Below are positions 12,774 through 24,976 of a stretch of DNA of 64,000 bases, in pieces; the first letter of the stretch is position 1, and each line of letters begins with the position of its first letter. This DNA is from Malacoraja senta (taxonomy: Eukaryota): positions 4,342,001 to 4,406,000 of the forward strand of contig CM075993.1 in assembly GCA_038087875.1 (NCBI GenBank), given 5' to 3'. Position numbers and translations under genes: made by a program. The notes beneath the pieces are model-generated. The model was not told the DNA's origin. It made no database searches and was given only the letters and a program-made list of their open reading frames with translations.

Positions 12774-13166
12774 TAACACGATCCTGCACAAACTAGGGAC
12801 AATTTACAAATGTTCCAAAGCCAATTAGCCTACAAACCTGTACATTTTTGGAGTGTGGGAGGAAACCGGAGCACCCAGAGGAAACCCACGCGGTCACTGG
12901 GAGAACGTATAAACTCCGTCCAGGCCCATAGTCAGTAGCCAGGGTCAAAACCGGGTCTCTGGTGCGGTAGGCAGCAACTCTACCACTGCGCCCCTGAGCC
13001 ACCCTCCCTATGCCACCCCTTGTATCTCTACATAAGCACAAGTACTTGGTGCCATAATCATAATTGAGGAAGAACAAATGCAGATAAGCCTTCCCATTAA
13101 AGATTCCCTGAACATAAGCATAACATTTAACTACCAGACACACACAGGTTCTTTGACATAGAGAGT

Positions 13167-13884
13167 ACTCTTCCCCTTCTATCCCCCCTCCCCCATCCCC
13201 TCCCTCTATCCGCCCACCCCCACCCCCTCCCTCTCTCCCTCTCTCCCCCCTCCCCCACCCCCCTCCCTCTCTACCCCCTCCCTCTCTACCCCCTCTCTAT
13301 CTACCCCTTCCCCTATCCACCCCTTCCCTATCTACCCCCTACCCTATCCACCCCCTTCCCTATCCATCCCCTTCCCTCTCCAACCCCTTCCCTCTCCACC
13401 CCCTTCCCTATCCACCCCCTTCCCTCTCTACCCCCTCTCTATCTACCCCCTTCCCTCTCCACCCCCTCCCCTATCCACCCCCTTCCCTATCTACCCCCTA
13501 CCCTATCCACCCCCTTCCCTATCCACCCCCTTCCCTATCTACCCCCTCCCCTATCCATCCCCTTCCCTCTCCAACCCCTTCCCTCTCCACCCCCTACCCT
13601 ATCCACCCCCTTCCCTATCCACCCCCTTCCCTATCTACCCCCTTCCCTATCCAACCCCTCCCCTATCCACCCCCTTCCCTCTCCACCCCCTTCCCTCTCC
13701 AACCCCTTCCCTATCCACCCCCTTCCCTATCCACCCCTTCCCTCTCTACCCCCCTCCCTCTCTACCATCCTCCCTCCCCTGTGTGTGTGTGGGGGGTGGT
13801 TAGTGTGCGTGTGAAGCCACAGCCCCCCCCCCCCTGCAACCGCACGTTGGGGGAACATACCCAACGGGTCTGCACTTGGTCTAG
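13167..13884 (+). mobile_element. Possible non-autonomous Helitron 3' portion carrying a long pyrimidine-rich tandem array
   Basis: Hairpin cgttggg-ggaacata-cccaacg (13845-13866) followed by CTAG at 13881-13884. The preceding sequence is about 600 bp of (ccacccccttccctat)n-like repeat. Confidence 0.45.
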
Positions 13885-14097
13885 GAACATTTAATTGCCA
13901 GAAACACACAGGTTCTTTGTCGTAGAGAGTGGAAATGTCACTGGTGCAATGGGGAGCATCCCCAGACCATAATCTGGATGACACTTGGGTGTGTGAACAA
14001 CATCCTCCATCGCCCAGCATCGATAACCCTTACCTCATGACCACAACGTCTCTGAATACAGTTACAGTGGGAGCGCCTTAAAGAGCACTAAACCCTG

Positions 14098-14400
14098 GTG
14101 GCACGGTGGCCCAGCGGTAGAGTTGCTGCCTCACAGCGCTCACAGCGCCAGAGACCAGGTTCGATCCTGACCACGGGTGCTATCTGCACAGAGTTCGTGC
14201 CTTCTCCCCGTGGGTTGTCTCTGAGATCTTCGGTTTCCTCCCACACTCCAAAGACGTACAGGTTTGTAGGTTAATTGGCTTGGTTATAAATGTAACTGTA
14301 AAATTGGTCCCGGTGTGTGTAAGGTAGTGTTAACGTGCGGGGATCGCTGGTCGGTGCGGACTCGGTGGGCCGAAGGGCCTGTTCCAAAACTAAAACTAAC
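14098..14400 (+). mobile_element. HE1-like SINE
   Basis: Colinear with 30261-30575. Confidence 0.8.
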
Positions 14401-15524
14401 GAGCACTAAATCCATTTGCTTAGCTTCAGAGCCTTGGGGTTCACTTTTCAATCCTTTAGGCCTTCGGAGGTTGTGTGTGTCCCCGATTTGCACAGAGCAG
14501 GATCCCACGAGCAGCAGACACAGTGAACCATGGATAGCTGGCTGTAGAAGGTACATTGTCCAGCTCCCTTCAGGACCCCAATCCCTCCTTTGTTTAAGCA
14601 CCCCATGTTTTATCCTTTGCATCAACGAGTTGACAGGTCTTGATTTAATGCTTCACCTGAACCCAGAGCCTGTGGCAATGCAACACGACTGACGTTGCAT
14701 GATCACAACCCACGCCCTTATGACATTAGAATTCTATAAATTATATATTCTGGCAGAATTTACTTGCATCATCAAATTGTTATGAATCCAGTGTGCACAT
14801 ATTTCTCTATAGACTATGGGGCCACATTTCCCATCCAGTTTTAAGTAGTTTAGTTTAGAGATACAGCGCAGGCACTTCGGCCCACAAAGTCCGCGATCCC
14901 CACACATTAACACTATCCTACACACACCAGGGACAATTTTTAAAAACATTTGTACCAAGCCAATTAGCCGTCATGCCTTTGAACTGTGGGAGGAAACCGG
15001 AACACCCAGAGAAAACCCACGTGGTCACGGGGAGGACGTACAAACTCCTTACAGACAGCACCCGTAGTCGGGATCGAACCCGTGTCTTTGGCGCTGTAAG
15101 GCAGCAACTCTCTGCCGCCCAAAGTAACCAGTAGGGAACACTGCTTGGAGGGTAGGTATAAGGCACAGAAGGACCATGGAGGCCAGGTCAATGAATTTAG
15201 AGATAGATAGATTCTTGATTAGTAAAGGCGTCAGTGGTTATGGGGAGAAGGCAGGAGAATGGGCTTGAGAGGAGAAGATAGATCAGCCATGATTGAATGG
15301 CGGAGTAGACTTGATGGGCCGAATGGCCTAATTCTGTTCCTATCGCTTATGAACATGGACCAGTAGAGCTGCTGCCTCTCAGCTCCAGTTACCCATGTTT
15401 AACTTTGACTTAGTCTGCTGTCAGGGTGGAGCTTGCATGTTCTTATTGAGACACAAGTGGGTTTCCTCCTGGTGCTCGGGTTTCCTACCACATCCCAAAT
15501 GTGGGTGGGTTGGAGGGTTAATTG

Positions 15525-15838
15525 ATAGTTTAGCTTAGTTTAGTTCAGAGATGCAGCGTGGGAACAGGCCCTTCGGCCCACTGGCTCCGCGACTACCAGC
15601 AATCCCCGCACATTAACACTATCCTACAACTACTGGGGACAATTTTTACATTTACCGAGCCAATTAACCTACAAACCTGTACGTCTTTGGAGTGTGGGAG
15701 GAAACTGAAGATCTCAGAGAAAACCCACGCAGGAGAAGGTACAAACTCCGTACTGACAGCACCCGTAGTCGGGATCGAACCCGGGTCTCCAGCGCTGCAT
15801 TCGCTGTAAGGCAGCAACTCTACCGCTGCGCCACCGTG
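15525..15838 (-). mobile_element. HE1-like SINE
   Basis: Full-length reverse-complement match to the SINE consensus in this window. Confidence 0.8.
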
Positions 15839-16782
15839 ACCGTCCAATTATACCATTACAGCTCCAATACTATATCCTGCACTCTGCATATTTTCTCTTT
15901 GGCAATACCTGTTGTACTCATGTCTGGTATGAAGTGCCTGGATAGGATCCAAAAGAAAGGTTCTCACTGTATCCTGATGTTTGCTTCAATAATAACCCTA
16001 TGGCAACACGATTTCCATAAGGGATTTGGTAACATGCCTCAAAGGTTTTCGTGGAAATTTCAAATTCATGGTGCATGAGGTAACGTATTGGTGTGAACAG
16101 AAGATTGGCTGGTTTTATAGGAATGAGAGAACAGACAGAATAGATCTGTTTATAAGTTCACGTTCGTAAGTCGTAGGGGCAGATTTAGGCCATTCGGCCC
16201 ATCGCGTCCATCCTACCATTCAATCATGGCTGATCTATCATTCCCTCTCAAGCCCAATCTCCTGCCTTTTCCTCATAACCCTTGACACCCGTACTAATCA
16301 CGAGTCTGTTAATCGCTGCCTTAAAATAACACTCCACAGCAATGAATCCCATAGATTCAACACCATCTGACTAAAGAAATTCCTCCTCGTCTCCTCTCTG
16401 AAGGTACATCCTTTTATTCTGAGGCTGTGCCCTCTGGTCCTAGATTCTCCCACTAGTGGAAACGTCTTCTCCACATCCACTCTATCCAGGCCTTTCACTA
16501 TTCGGTAAGTTTCAATGAGGTCCCCCCCTCACCCTTCTAAACTCCAGCGAGTATAGGCCCAGTGCCTTCAAATGCTCATCATATGTTAACCTAATCGTTC
16601 CTGGGATCATTCTCATAAACCTCCTCTGGACCCTCTCCAACGCCAACAAATCCTTCGGCAAATACGGGGCCCAAAACTGCTCACGATACTCCAAATGCCG
16701 GTCTGACCATCGCTTTATAAAGCCTCAGCATTACAAACGAGTGGCAGGACAGTGCTTCACAGTGATGTGGCAGTGACCTGGT

Positions 16783-17330
16783 TCATAGAAACATAGAAAA
16801 CAGGTGCAGGAGGAGGCCATTCGGCCCTTCGAGCCAGCACCGCCATTCATTGTGATCATGGCTGATCGTCCCCTATCAATAACCCGTGCCTGCCTTCTCC
16901 CCATATCCCTTGACTCCACTAGCCCCTAGAGCTCTATCTAACTCTCTCTCAAATCCATCCAGTGACTTGGCCTCCACTGCCCTCTGTGGCAGGGAATTCC
17001 ATAAATTCACAACTCTCTGGGTGAAAACGTTTTTTCTCACCTCAGTCTTAAATGACCTCCCCTTTATTATAAGACTGTGACCCCTGGTTCTGGACTCGCC
17101 CAACATTGGGAACATTTTTCCTGCATCTAGTTTGTCCAGTCCTTTTATAATTTTTTATATGTTTCTATAAGATCCCCCCTCATCCTTCTAAACTCCAGTG
17201 AACACAAGCCTAGTCTTTTCAATCTTTCCTCATATGACAGTCCGGCCATCCCAGGGATCAATCTCGTGAACCTACGCTGCACTGCCTCAATCACAAGGAT
17301 GTCCTTCCTCAAATTAGGAGATCAAAACTG
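16783..17330 (-). mobile_element. CR1 LINE 3' fragment; another diverged copy is adjacent at about 16165-16730
   Basis: MFPMLGESRTRGHSL...QRVVNLWNSLP translation and tail. Confidence 0.9.
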
Positions 17331-17461
17331 TTCAAGAGAAGGAATGGGTGACGCTTTGAGTCGAGACCCTTCATCACCCAAAACGTCACCCATTCCTTAT
17401 CTCCAGTGATGTGGCTTGTCCCGCCGAGTTACTCCAGCATTTTGTGCCTAACATTCCCTAC

Positions 17462-17474
17462 CTGGTGTTTCCAT
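17462..17474 (-). CDS. nrg4: Neuregulin-4-like gene, first coding exon (ATG GAA ACA CCA G = METP+; whole exon 17462-17506)
   Basis: On the minus strand a polypyrimidine acceptor (tttattccttttag) precedes 17506, the ATG is at 17474-17472, and a donor (G|gtaggg) follows 17462. Phase 1 joins the EGF exon in frame. A tiny start exon with no signal peptide matches known NRG4 architecture. Confidence 0.75.
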
Positions 17475-18355
17475 ATCACTGCAGTCCTTTCGAACCGGGA
17501 TCTGACCTAAAAGGAATAAAAGTGTGATTTTAGTAGGTTTCAGGAACGGGGATTGTTGGCTTTTGCCATGTTGGGCTCATTAAATCAGCTGGTGTCAGAA
17601 GAAGATGCTGATTTACAAAAAAAATACCCCGCGCGTGGTGACGGTTTAACGAAAGCTCGCCGACTGAGAGCGACGGACTCTGTACATCAGAGGCACAGAC
17701 AACACCTGGTGGAAAAAAGCACGGGAAACATTGAGCAAAGTCGCAAGCAAGGCTGAGTTCACCCCGTGGACCGGGCAATAGAAACATCGAAACATAGACA
17801 AAAGGTGCAGGAGTAGGCCATTCGGCACTTCGAGCCAGCACCGCCATTCTTTATGATCATGGCTGATCATCCAAAATCAGTTTGAGAAGGAACTGCAGAT
17901 GCTGGAAAATCGAAGGTAGACAGAAATGCTGGAGAAACTCAGCGGGTGAGGCAGCATCTATGGAGCGAAGGAAATAGGCAACGTTTCGGGTCGAAACCCA
18001 AGGGTTTCGACCCGAAACGTTGCCTATTTCCTTGGGTTTCGACCCGAAACTTTGCCTATTTCATTCGCTCCATAGATGCTGCCTCACCCGCTGAGTTTCT
18101 TCAGCATTCTTGTCCACATCCAAAATCAGTTCTCCGTTCCTGCTTTCTACCCCGTATCCCTTGATTTCTTTATCCATGAGAGCTAAATCCAACTCTCTCT
18201 TGAAAACATCCAGCGAATTGGCCTCCACTGCCTTCCGTGGTAGAGAATTCCACAGATTCACAACTCTCTGGGTGAAAATGTTTTTCCTCATCCCGGTCCT
18301 AATCCGAGAGGAGGTGGAGGGAGGTGCTGCAGTAAGATGAACCGGGGGGTCTTAC

Positions 18356-18383
18356 CTTCCACACCTTCGATGTCGCCCCCCCC
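18356..18383 (-). other. Putative 28-nt 5'UTR micro-exon of the nrg4-like gene
   Basis: Good acceptor (cctttgttccacag) and good donor (AAG|gtaaga) 28 nt apart, between the putative first exon and the ATG exon. Confidence 0.4.
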
Positions 18384-18849
18384 CTGTGGAACAAAGGCTG
18401 ACGAGGGTCTTCAGCCAGTGGACTCGATGGGCCGAATGGCCTAATTCTACTCCTATAACTTGTGAACTTGTGGACCAGGCGTGCGCAGAGGGACATCGGT
18501 TCGCGGGACGACCGGAATGGAGGCGACTTCGACAGTGAGCCTTTCCCCTGCCCCAGCTTTCTCACCAACCCCCCAACAAAATCAGTCTGAAGAAGGGTCT
18601 TGAACCCAAAGCATCGGCTAGCCATGTTCTCCAGAGATGCTGCCTGACCCGCTGAGTTACTCATGCACTTTAAGTCCTTTTTTTAACACAAAGCCTGACC
18701 GGCGAGGCTTTTCCTCTCCGAAGAACATAAGGGACACTTGTTTAAGGAGGATCTCAACCTGAAACGTCACCCATTCCTTCTCTCCTGAGATGCTGCCTGT
18801 CCCGCTGAGTTACTCCAGCATTTTGTGTCCATCTATAAGGGATTGGTTG

Positions 18850-19320
18850 GATTTTTTTTTTAAATTATTTTTTTTACAGAGTTCTTACATAGCTTCAATT
18901 TTTAAAGTTTTTTGTTGAAGAAAAGAAATAGAGAAATAAATAAATAAAAGAGACTATAAACTAATAGAAAGGAGAAAGAAAAAAAAAAGCAAGAAGGAAA
19001 GGAGATTACAAATATAAATATTGTGGAGATAGATCCTATGTAAGAACTAGATGTTGAGTATAGTTGTTCATACAACCCTGAACTCAAGTTGTGACTTTAA
19101 TTTTGTGTTAAACCAGTTTACTTTAAAAAAAATCAATAAATGGAGACCATATTTTAGAAAAGAATTCTGGTTTGTCAATTAATACCAATCTTATTTTTTC
19201 CAAATGCAAGATCTCGGTCATTTCCATAATCCACATTTTAATTGTGCGGGTTGCTGGTTTTTCCCAAAATTTAAGTATTGATTTTTTTCGCAGTTATTAA
19301 ACTGTAATCAAGAAAGTGTC
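18850..19320 (-). mobile_element. L1/Tx1-clade LINE 3' fragment
   Basis: Reverse complement encodes roughly LITAKK.ILKFWEKP...KMWIMEMTEILHLEKIR...FSKIWSPFIDF, then a T-rich 3' UTR and A-rich tail. Confidence 0.65.
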
Positions 19321-19576
19321 TCTAGCGGCTGGACTGGTTGGATTTTTATACCAATCCATTTGTTTCTCGGCCACCACTACTGACTAACTTTTACCCAATG
19401 CGCTGTGTTTGAACGCTCCAGCAGCCATGGTAGGATTTGAACTCACATTTCCAGATTATTAATTCAGGCAAAACACAAAGTGCCGGAGCAACTCAACAGG
19501 TCAGGCAACACCTGGGGAGGGAATGGACAGGCGACGTTTCGGATCGTGACCCTTCCTAAGATGGAAGCCACGACTC

Positions 19577-19610
19577 AGTCTGAAGAAGGGTCTCGACCCG
19601 AAACGTCAAC
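19577..19610 (+). ncRNA. Minimal hammerhead ribozyme motif
   Basis: CTGAAGAAGGGTCTCGACCCGAAACGTC intact at 19580-19607. Confidence 0.65.
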
Positions 19611-20295
19611 CATTCCTTGTCTCCAGAGATGCCGCCTGTCCCGCTGAGTTACTCCAGCATTTTGCGTCTATCTCACCTATATCCACCTATCACTCGCCAG
19701 GCTTTGCCCCACTCCCACTCCCTTTTCCAGCGTTCTTCCCCTTACTCCCCATTTGGGGGCTGCCCGGTGGCGCAGCGGTAGAGTTGCTGCCTTACAGCAC
19801 CAGAGACCAGGTTCGATCCTGACTAGGGATGCTGTCTGTACAAAGTTTGTACGTTTTCCTTGTGACCGCGTGGGTTTTCTCCGGGTGCTCCGGTTACCTC
19901 CCACATTCCAAAGACATGCAGTTTTGTAGGTTAATTGTGTTCTGTAAATTGTAAATTGTCCCTGGTGTGTAAAACAGTGATAGTGCTAGTGTGTGAAGTG
20001 GGCCGAAGGGCCTGTTTCCACGCTGTATCTCTAAAGTCTAAAATCTATTGGACTCTTTTTCAGACTGATTTAGCTTGGGTCCCGACTGGAAACATCGCCT
20101 GTCCATTCCCTCCACAGATGCTGCCTGACCCTTTGAGTTCCTCCAGCACTTTGCGCTTAGCTTGTGATTCCAGTATCTGCAGTCTCTGGTATCCCCTTTC
20201 GGCTTACCATTATAGGCAACGTAACCCCTCCCCCCCCCCCCCCCCCCACCCCCCAGCATCGTTTCCCAGCAAAGACACAGAAGCTCTCGACTTAC

Positions 20296-20700
20296 CTGTA
20301 GTGCAGCCTGCCACCTGCAATGGCTTCCCTGAGATCCTTTCAAGTCAGCTTGTGGTACAATTCACTCTTGGACCTGTCATCGTTGCAGGAGAAGTGCGTG
20401 TGGAAGTTGAGCTCCGGGCTGCTGAAATATTTTCTCCACACCTTTAATGGAAGAATCTCAGGTCCCAAGCAGGACGAGCGGACCCCCAAACTAGGGGGTG
20501 GTCTCAGTGTTGTTTGGGGTCCCTGAGTGTACCACCCTGACGGGGTGCAGAACCTCCTCGCTCTGTATCTCACAGTCGACAGACCTCTCCCAGCCCGCAA
20601 CACTTCCTCATTCGAGCACTGCCCACTTTGGCCGACGGCCCAGACACATCTGATCAATCAAATCCATTTCCTACCTTTCCCCCGTAAGCAGCGCTGAGAT
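20296..20700 (-). other. Putative non-coding first exon of the nrg4-like gene
   Basis: Consensus donor CAG|gtaagt at 20296/20295 ends a unique, GC/CpG-richer block. The upstream boundary is approximate. Confidence 0.5.
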
Positions 20701-20800
20701 CCGCCAGGCGGTGGCCGGGGGGAACGAGCTCCGATGAACTGTAAAATTAACCCCGCAATCCCGGCACGATCGGAATGTTTACCCTGGGCTGAAATGTTTT
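20690..20800 (-). promoter_or_regulatory. Putative promoter of the nrg4-like gene
   Basis: CpG-enriched unique sequence (ccgccaggcggtggccggggg, cccggcacgatcgg) directly upstream of the putative first exon. Confidence 0.35.
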
Positions 20801-21223
20801 GGAAATCAGTTTACAACATGGTGAAAGGGCTACTGATTGGGACATGCGTAACTCGTTTGTACAAGTAACAAAGCAGCCTTAGACAGGTTTGTGCAGTAAC
20901 TTCTGCTCAACAAACTTGTTTGACTCACACCACACACCTTCCTGCTGTGTCCCTCAAATACAGTATGTCTCCCTTTTCTCAAAATGCTCCTAATACGTTG
21001 AAATTTCATCCACAGTCGCCAGACTTCCATTGAAACAACTGCTGGGAGCAACAGTATGAAGACCCCCACACACAGTATTAACCACCCCCCCCCCTCACCT
21101 TCACAAATGCATCCAGCCACAATAATTCCCCCCCCCCTCCCTCCACCCCCCCCCCCCACACACACACACACACACACACACACATGGGCGGCACAGTGGC
21201 GCAGCGGTAGAGTTGCTGCCTTA

Positions 21224-21627
21224 AGGGCCTGTCCCACTTTCACAACCTAATTCACGACCTTTTTTAGTCGTGGACATTTTTCATCATATTGAAAAAACGC
21301 CCCGACCTACTTGATGCCACGAGTACCTACGACTAGCATCACGACCTACCTACGACCTACCTACGACCTCCTATAATAATAATAATAATGAATTTTATTT
21401 ACGGGCGCCTCAAGGACACCTTACAGAGATTTATAGTAAACATATAATCAGAATAAAAAAATAAGTTAGAAAGACCAATACACAAATCAGGGACAGAATT
21501 CCTTCTAAAAACACAAAAAAGAAAATCAGAAGCACAATTTGACCTCGTGACGACCATGCTGCGAGTATGGGTCAAGGGCAAACTCGGCAGAGGTCGTGAA
21601 TTAGGTCGTGAAAGTGGGACAGGCCCT
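21224..21627. mobile_element. PIF/Harbinger-like MITE inserted in an HE1 SINE head
   Basis: TIR agggcctgtcccactttcac...; TTA TSD; the SINE sequence resumes exactly (gctgcctta|cagcgccaga). It carries an AT-rich internal insertion at about 21372-21540. Confidence 0.85.
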
Positions 21628-21729
21628 TTACAGCGCCAGAGACCTGGGTTAGATCCTGACTAGGGGTGCTATAGAAATTACAGCTGTGTTTATACATAGT
21701 TCCCCCCATTTCAGGGCGTTATGGTGTAA

Positions 21730-21898
21730 TTTCTACACGGTGAAACCAAAATGTATAAAAATGGCCTTTATTAAAATCTGACAATGTGCACTTTAACCAC
21801 ATGTGATTTTTTTTCTATTACAAATATCAAATTGTGGAGTATAGAGGCAAATAAATACATGCTGGGTATTTGACCCAAACATTATGGAGATCACTGTA
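21730..21898. mobile_element. Tc1/mariner terminal fragment
   Basis: Ends ...caaacattatggagatcactg followed by TA, which is a CAGTG-type Tc1 TIR and TA target. Confidence 0.55.
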
Positions 21899-23069
21899 TA
21901 TCCTCTGGTTCTCAATTCCCCCACTCTGGGCAAGAGCCTCTGTGCATCGATCTACCTGATCTATTCCTCTCACGATCTTTTGCACCTCCTGCTACGTTCC
22001 AAGGAATAGAGTCCCAGCTTACTCAACTTCACCCTATAGCTCCTGGCAACATCCTCGTAAAGTTTATTTCCATATTTTTTACTCACTCACTGCCTTTGAC
22101 TTTAGTTCCAGGGGATATGTTCACAGTCTTAGAATAAAGGGGAGGCCATTTAAGACTGAGGTGAGAAAGAACTTTTTCACCCAGTGAGTGGTGAATTTGT
22201 GGAATTCCCTGCCACAGAGGGCAGTGGAGGCCAAATCATTGGATGGATTCAAGAGAGAGTTAGATAGAGCTCTAGGGGCTAGTGGAATCAAGGGATATGG
22301 GGAGAAGGCAGGCACGGGTTATTGATTGGGGACGATCAGCCATGATCACAATGAATGGCTCGAAGGGCCAAATGGCCTCCTCTTGCACCTATTTACTATG
22401 TATTGAATTACAGACAGGCAATGGGATACCTTGTGGGGAAAAGACATTCTTTGTTTCTCTGAGAGGCTAAAGAGGCTGTGGATAAGTAAAGCTGAATAGT
22501 CCCATTTCCACTGAGAAATTATTTGCCTTTTTGAAAAGAAAATATGTATAACGCATCTTGGGCGGAAATTATACTTCCATTTGTGGTTATGCAGTGTTTA
22601 AGTTCGTAATCGGCTTATTTCGATTGTTTGACTGTGACGAGAAAATGTAACTGAGACACTTGTCTGAAGAAAATATCAAAAAGTGCAAAAAGGACTTAAT
22701 TGCACAAGCATAGGTAGACAAAAATGCTGGAGAAACTGAGGGGGAAAAGCTGTTTATAATCCCAAGTGAGGAATGCATTTTGAAGTGTGTTTTTCAAAAG
22801 TATATTATCCAGGTTATTTGCATTTTGTGATTTATTTTTCCCAATGATTCAATGATACTTTATTGTTACCTTTGTTTGGGCTGCACGGTGGCGCAGCGGT
22901 AGAGTTGCTGCCTCACGGCTCCAGAGACCCGGGTTCGATCCTGACCTCAGGTGCTGTCCGTTGGAGTTTGGAGTTCTCCCTGTTTTCTCAGGCTTTCCTC
23001 CGGGTGCTCCGGTTTCCTCCCACATTCCAAGGACGTGCAGGTTTGTGGGTAAATTGGCTTCTGTAAATT

Positions 23070-23460
23070 GTCAGAAACTTACAAAATTCTTAAGGGGTTG
23101 GACAGGCTAGATGCAGGAAGATTGCTCCCGATGTTGGGGAAGTCCAGGACAAGCGGTCACAGCTTAAGGATAAGGGGGAAATCCTCTAAAACCGAGATGA
23201 GAAGAACTTTTTTCACACAGAGAGTGGTGAATCTCTGGAACTCTCTGCCACAGAGGGTAGTCGAGGCCAGTTCATTGGCTATATTTAAGAGGGAGTTAGA
23301 TGTGGCCCTTGTGGCTAAAGGGATCAGAGGGTATGGAGAGAAGGCAGGTACGGGATACTGAGTTGGATGATCAGCCATGATCATATTGAATGGCGGTGCA
23401 GGCTCGAAGGGCCGACTGGCCTACTCCTGCACCTAATTTCTATGTTTCTATGTTTCTATG
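23070..23460 (+). mobile_element. CR1 LINE 3' fragment (young subfamily) inserted into an HE1 SINE
   Basis: Nearly identical to 56725-57108; SINE sequence on both sides. Confidence 0.9.
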
Positions 23461-24540
23461 TCCTTTGTGTCTAGTTGTCGTGGACTCAGTGGGCTAAAGG
23501 GGCTGTTTCCACACTAAAACATTGGAATTCTCTATTCAAGAAGGCCATGGAGTCTCAGTCACTGATTATATTCAAGATAGACACTGATATAATTTTTTTA
23601 TAATTACAGAATCAAAGGATATGAGATTAATGAATGATAGTTCAAGTTCAAGTTCACATTTATTGCCGCATGCACCAATTCAGGTACAGTGGAATTTGAT
23701 TTACCAAGCAGCCATACAGACAAATGAGCACAATACACAATAGAATACAACATGAACATCCACCACAGTGGAATCAACATTCTTCACTGTGCTGGAAGGC
23801 AATAACTTTGTCATTCCTCCTCCTTTGTTCATCCGTGGTCGGGGCCATGAACCATCCGCAATCGCCACTACGGACAGCCCGATGTACAGGCCCTCTCGTC
23901 GGGATACTCGAAACTCCGACGTCGGGACGGACGGACACTCCACGGCTTGGAGGTCCTGAATCGGCCGCTTCCTACCGGAGACCGCGGCTTCAGGATGTCA
24001 TAGTCCGCGGGCCAGCGATCGGAGCACTTCTTCTAGCGACCCCCGGCAAGGGATGGCCCGGCTCCGCGAAGGAAAGTCCGCTCTGCGCCCGCTGCTGAAG
24101 CTCTGGGCCCGACTCCGGGAAAGGCCGCACCAATCCAAGTTGTTAGGCCGCGAGGGAGGGCGAAATGCAACTAGGAGAAAAGCCGCATTCCACCGAGGTA
24201 AGTGACTGAAAAACAGTCTCCCCCAATTCCCGCCCCCACCCCCCTACACCAAAACACACTTTTAGACATACTAAAAACAAAAAACAAATGGAAAGGACGA
24301 ACAGCTGCTAGCGAGGCGCCACCCGTCGGAAAGCAGTGCTGATTAAACAATCGGATTGACTGGAAGAGGTGACACGAGAGGCCACGCGGACTTTTTTTGA
24401 TATTATCAGTAATCAGATGATCAAATATGCAAAATATTTTTTGGGGCCAACAATATACTTGTCATGCAGGTGATGTATAGATGTGGGTGGAATACTGTAA
24501 AAGAACAAAATATTGCGAGTGGGAGTTTGGTGTAGAGAAG

Positions 24541-24976
24541 ATCAAGTTCAAGTTCAAATGCAAGTGAGTTTATTGTCATGTGTCCCTGATAGGACAATGA
24601 TATTCTTGCTTTGCTTCAGCACAACAGAACATAGTAGGCATTGACTACAAAACAGATCAGTGTGTCCATATATCATTATATAAATATATACACACATGAA
24701 TAAATAAACTGATTAAGTGCAAATAACAGATAAGGGGCTATTAATGTTCAGAGTTTTGTCCGAGCCAAGTTTAATAGCCTGATGGCTGTGGGGAAGTAGC
24801 TATTCCTGAACCTGGTCGTTGCAGGCTCCTGTACCTTCTACCTGAAGGTAGTAGGGAGATGAGTGTGTGGCCAGGATGGTGTGGGTCCTTGATGATACTG
24901 CCAGCCTTTTTGAGGCAGCGACTGTGATAGATCCCCTTGATGGAAGGGAGGTCAGAATTGATATGGACTGGGCAGA
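24541..24976 (-). mobile_element. Rex1/Babar-like LINE 3' fragment; another copy at about 31400-31645(+)
   Basis: Reverse complement encodes IIKDPHHPGHTLISLLPSGRRYRS...FRNSYFPTAIRLLN; (ttgaac)n tail. Confidence 0.8.

Noticed and set aside
14029..14038. ATGAG|gtaagg as an alternative start exon
   Set aside because: It is phase 2 and so out of frame with the phase-1 EGF exon.
20340..20657. 105-aa minus-strand ORF in the putative first exon
   Set aside because: It starts at TTG, stops before the donor and has no recognisable homology; treated as UTR.
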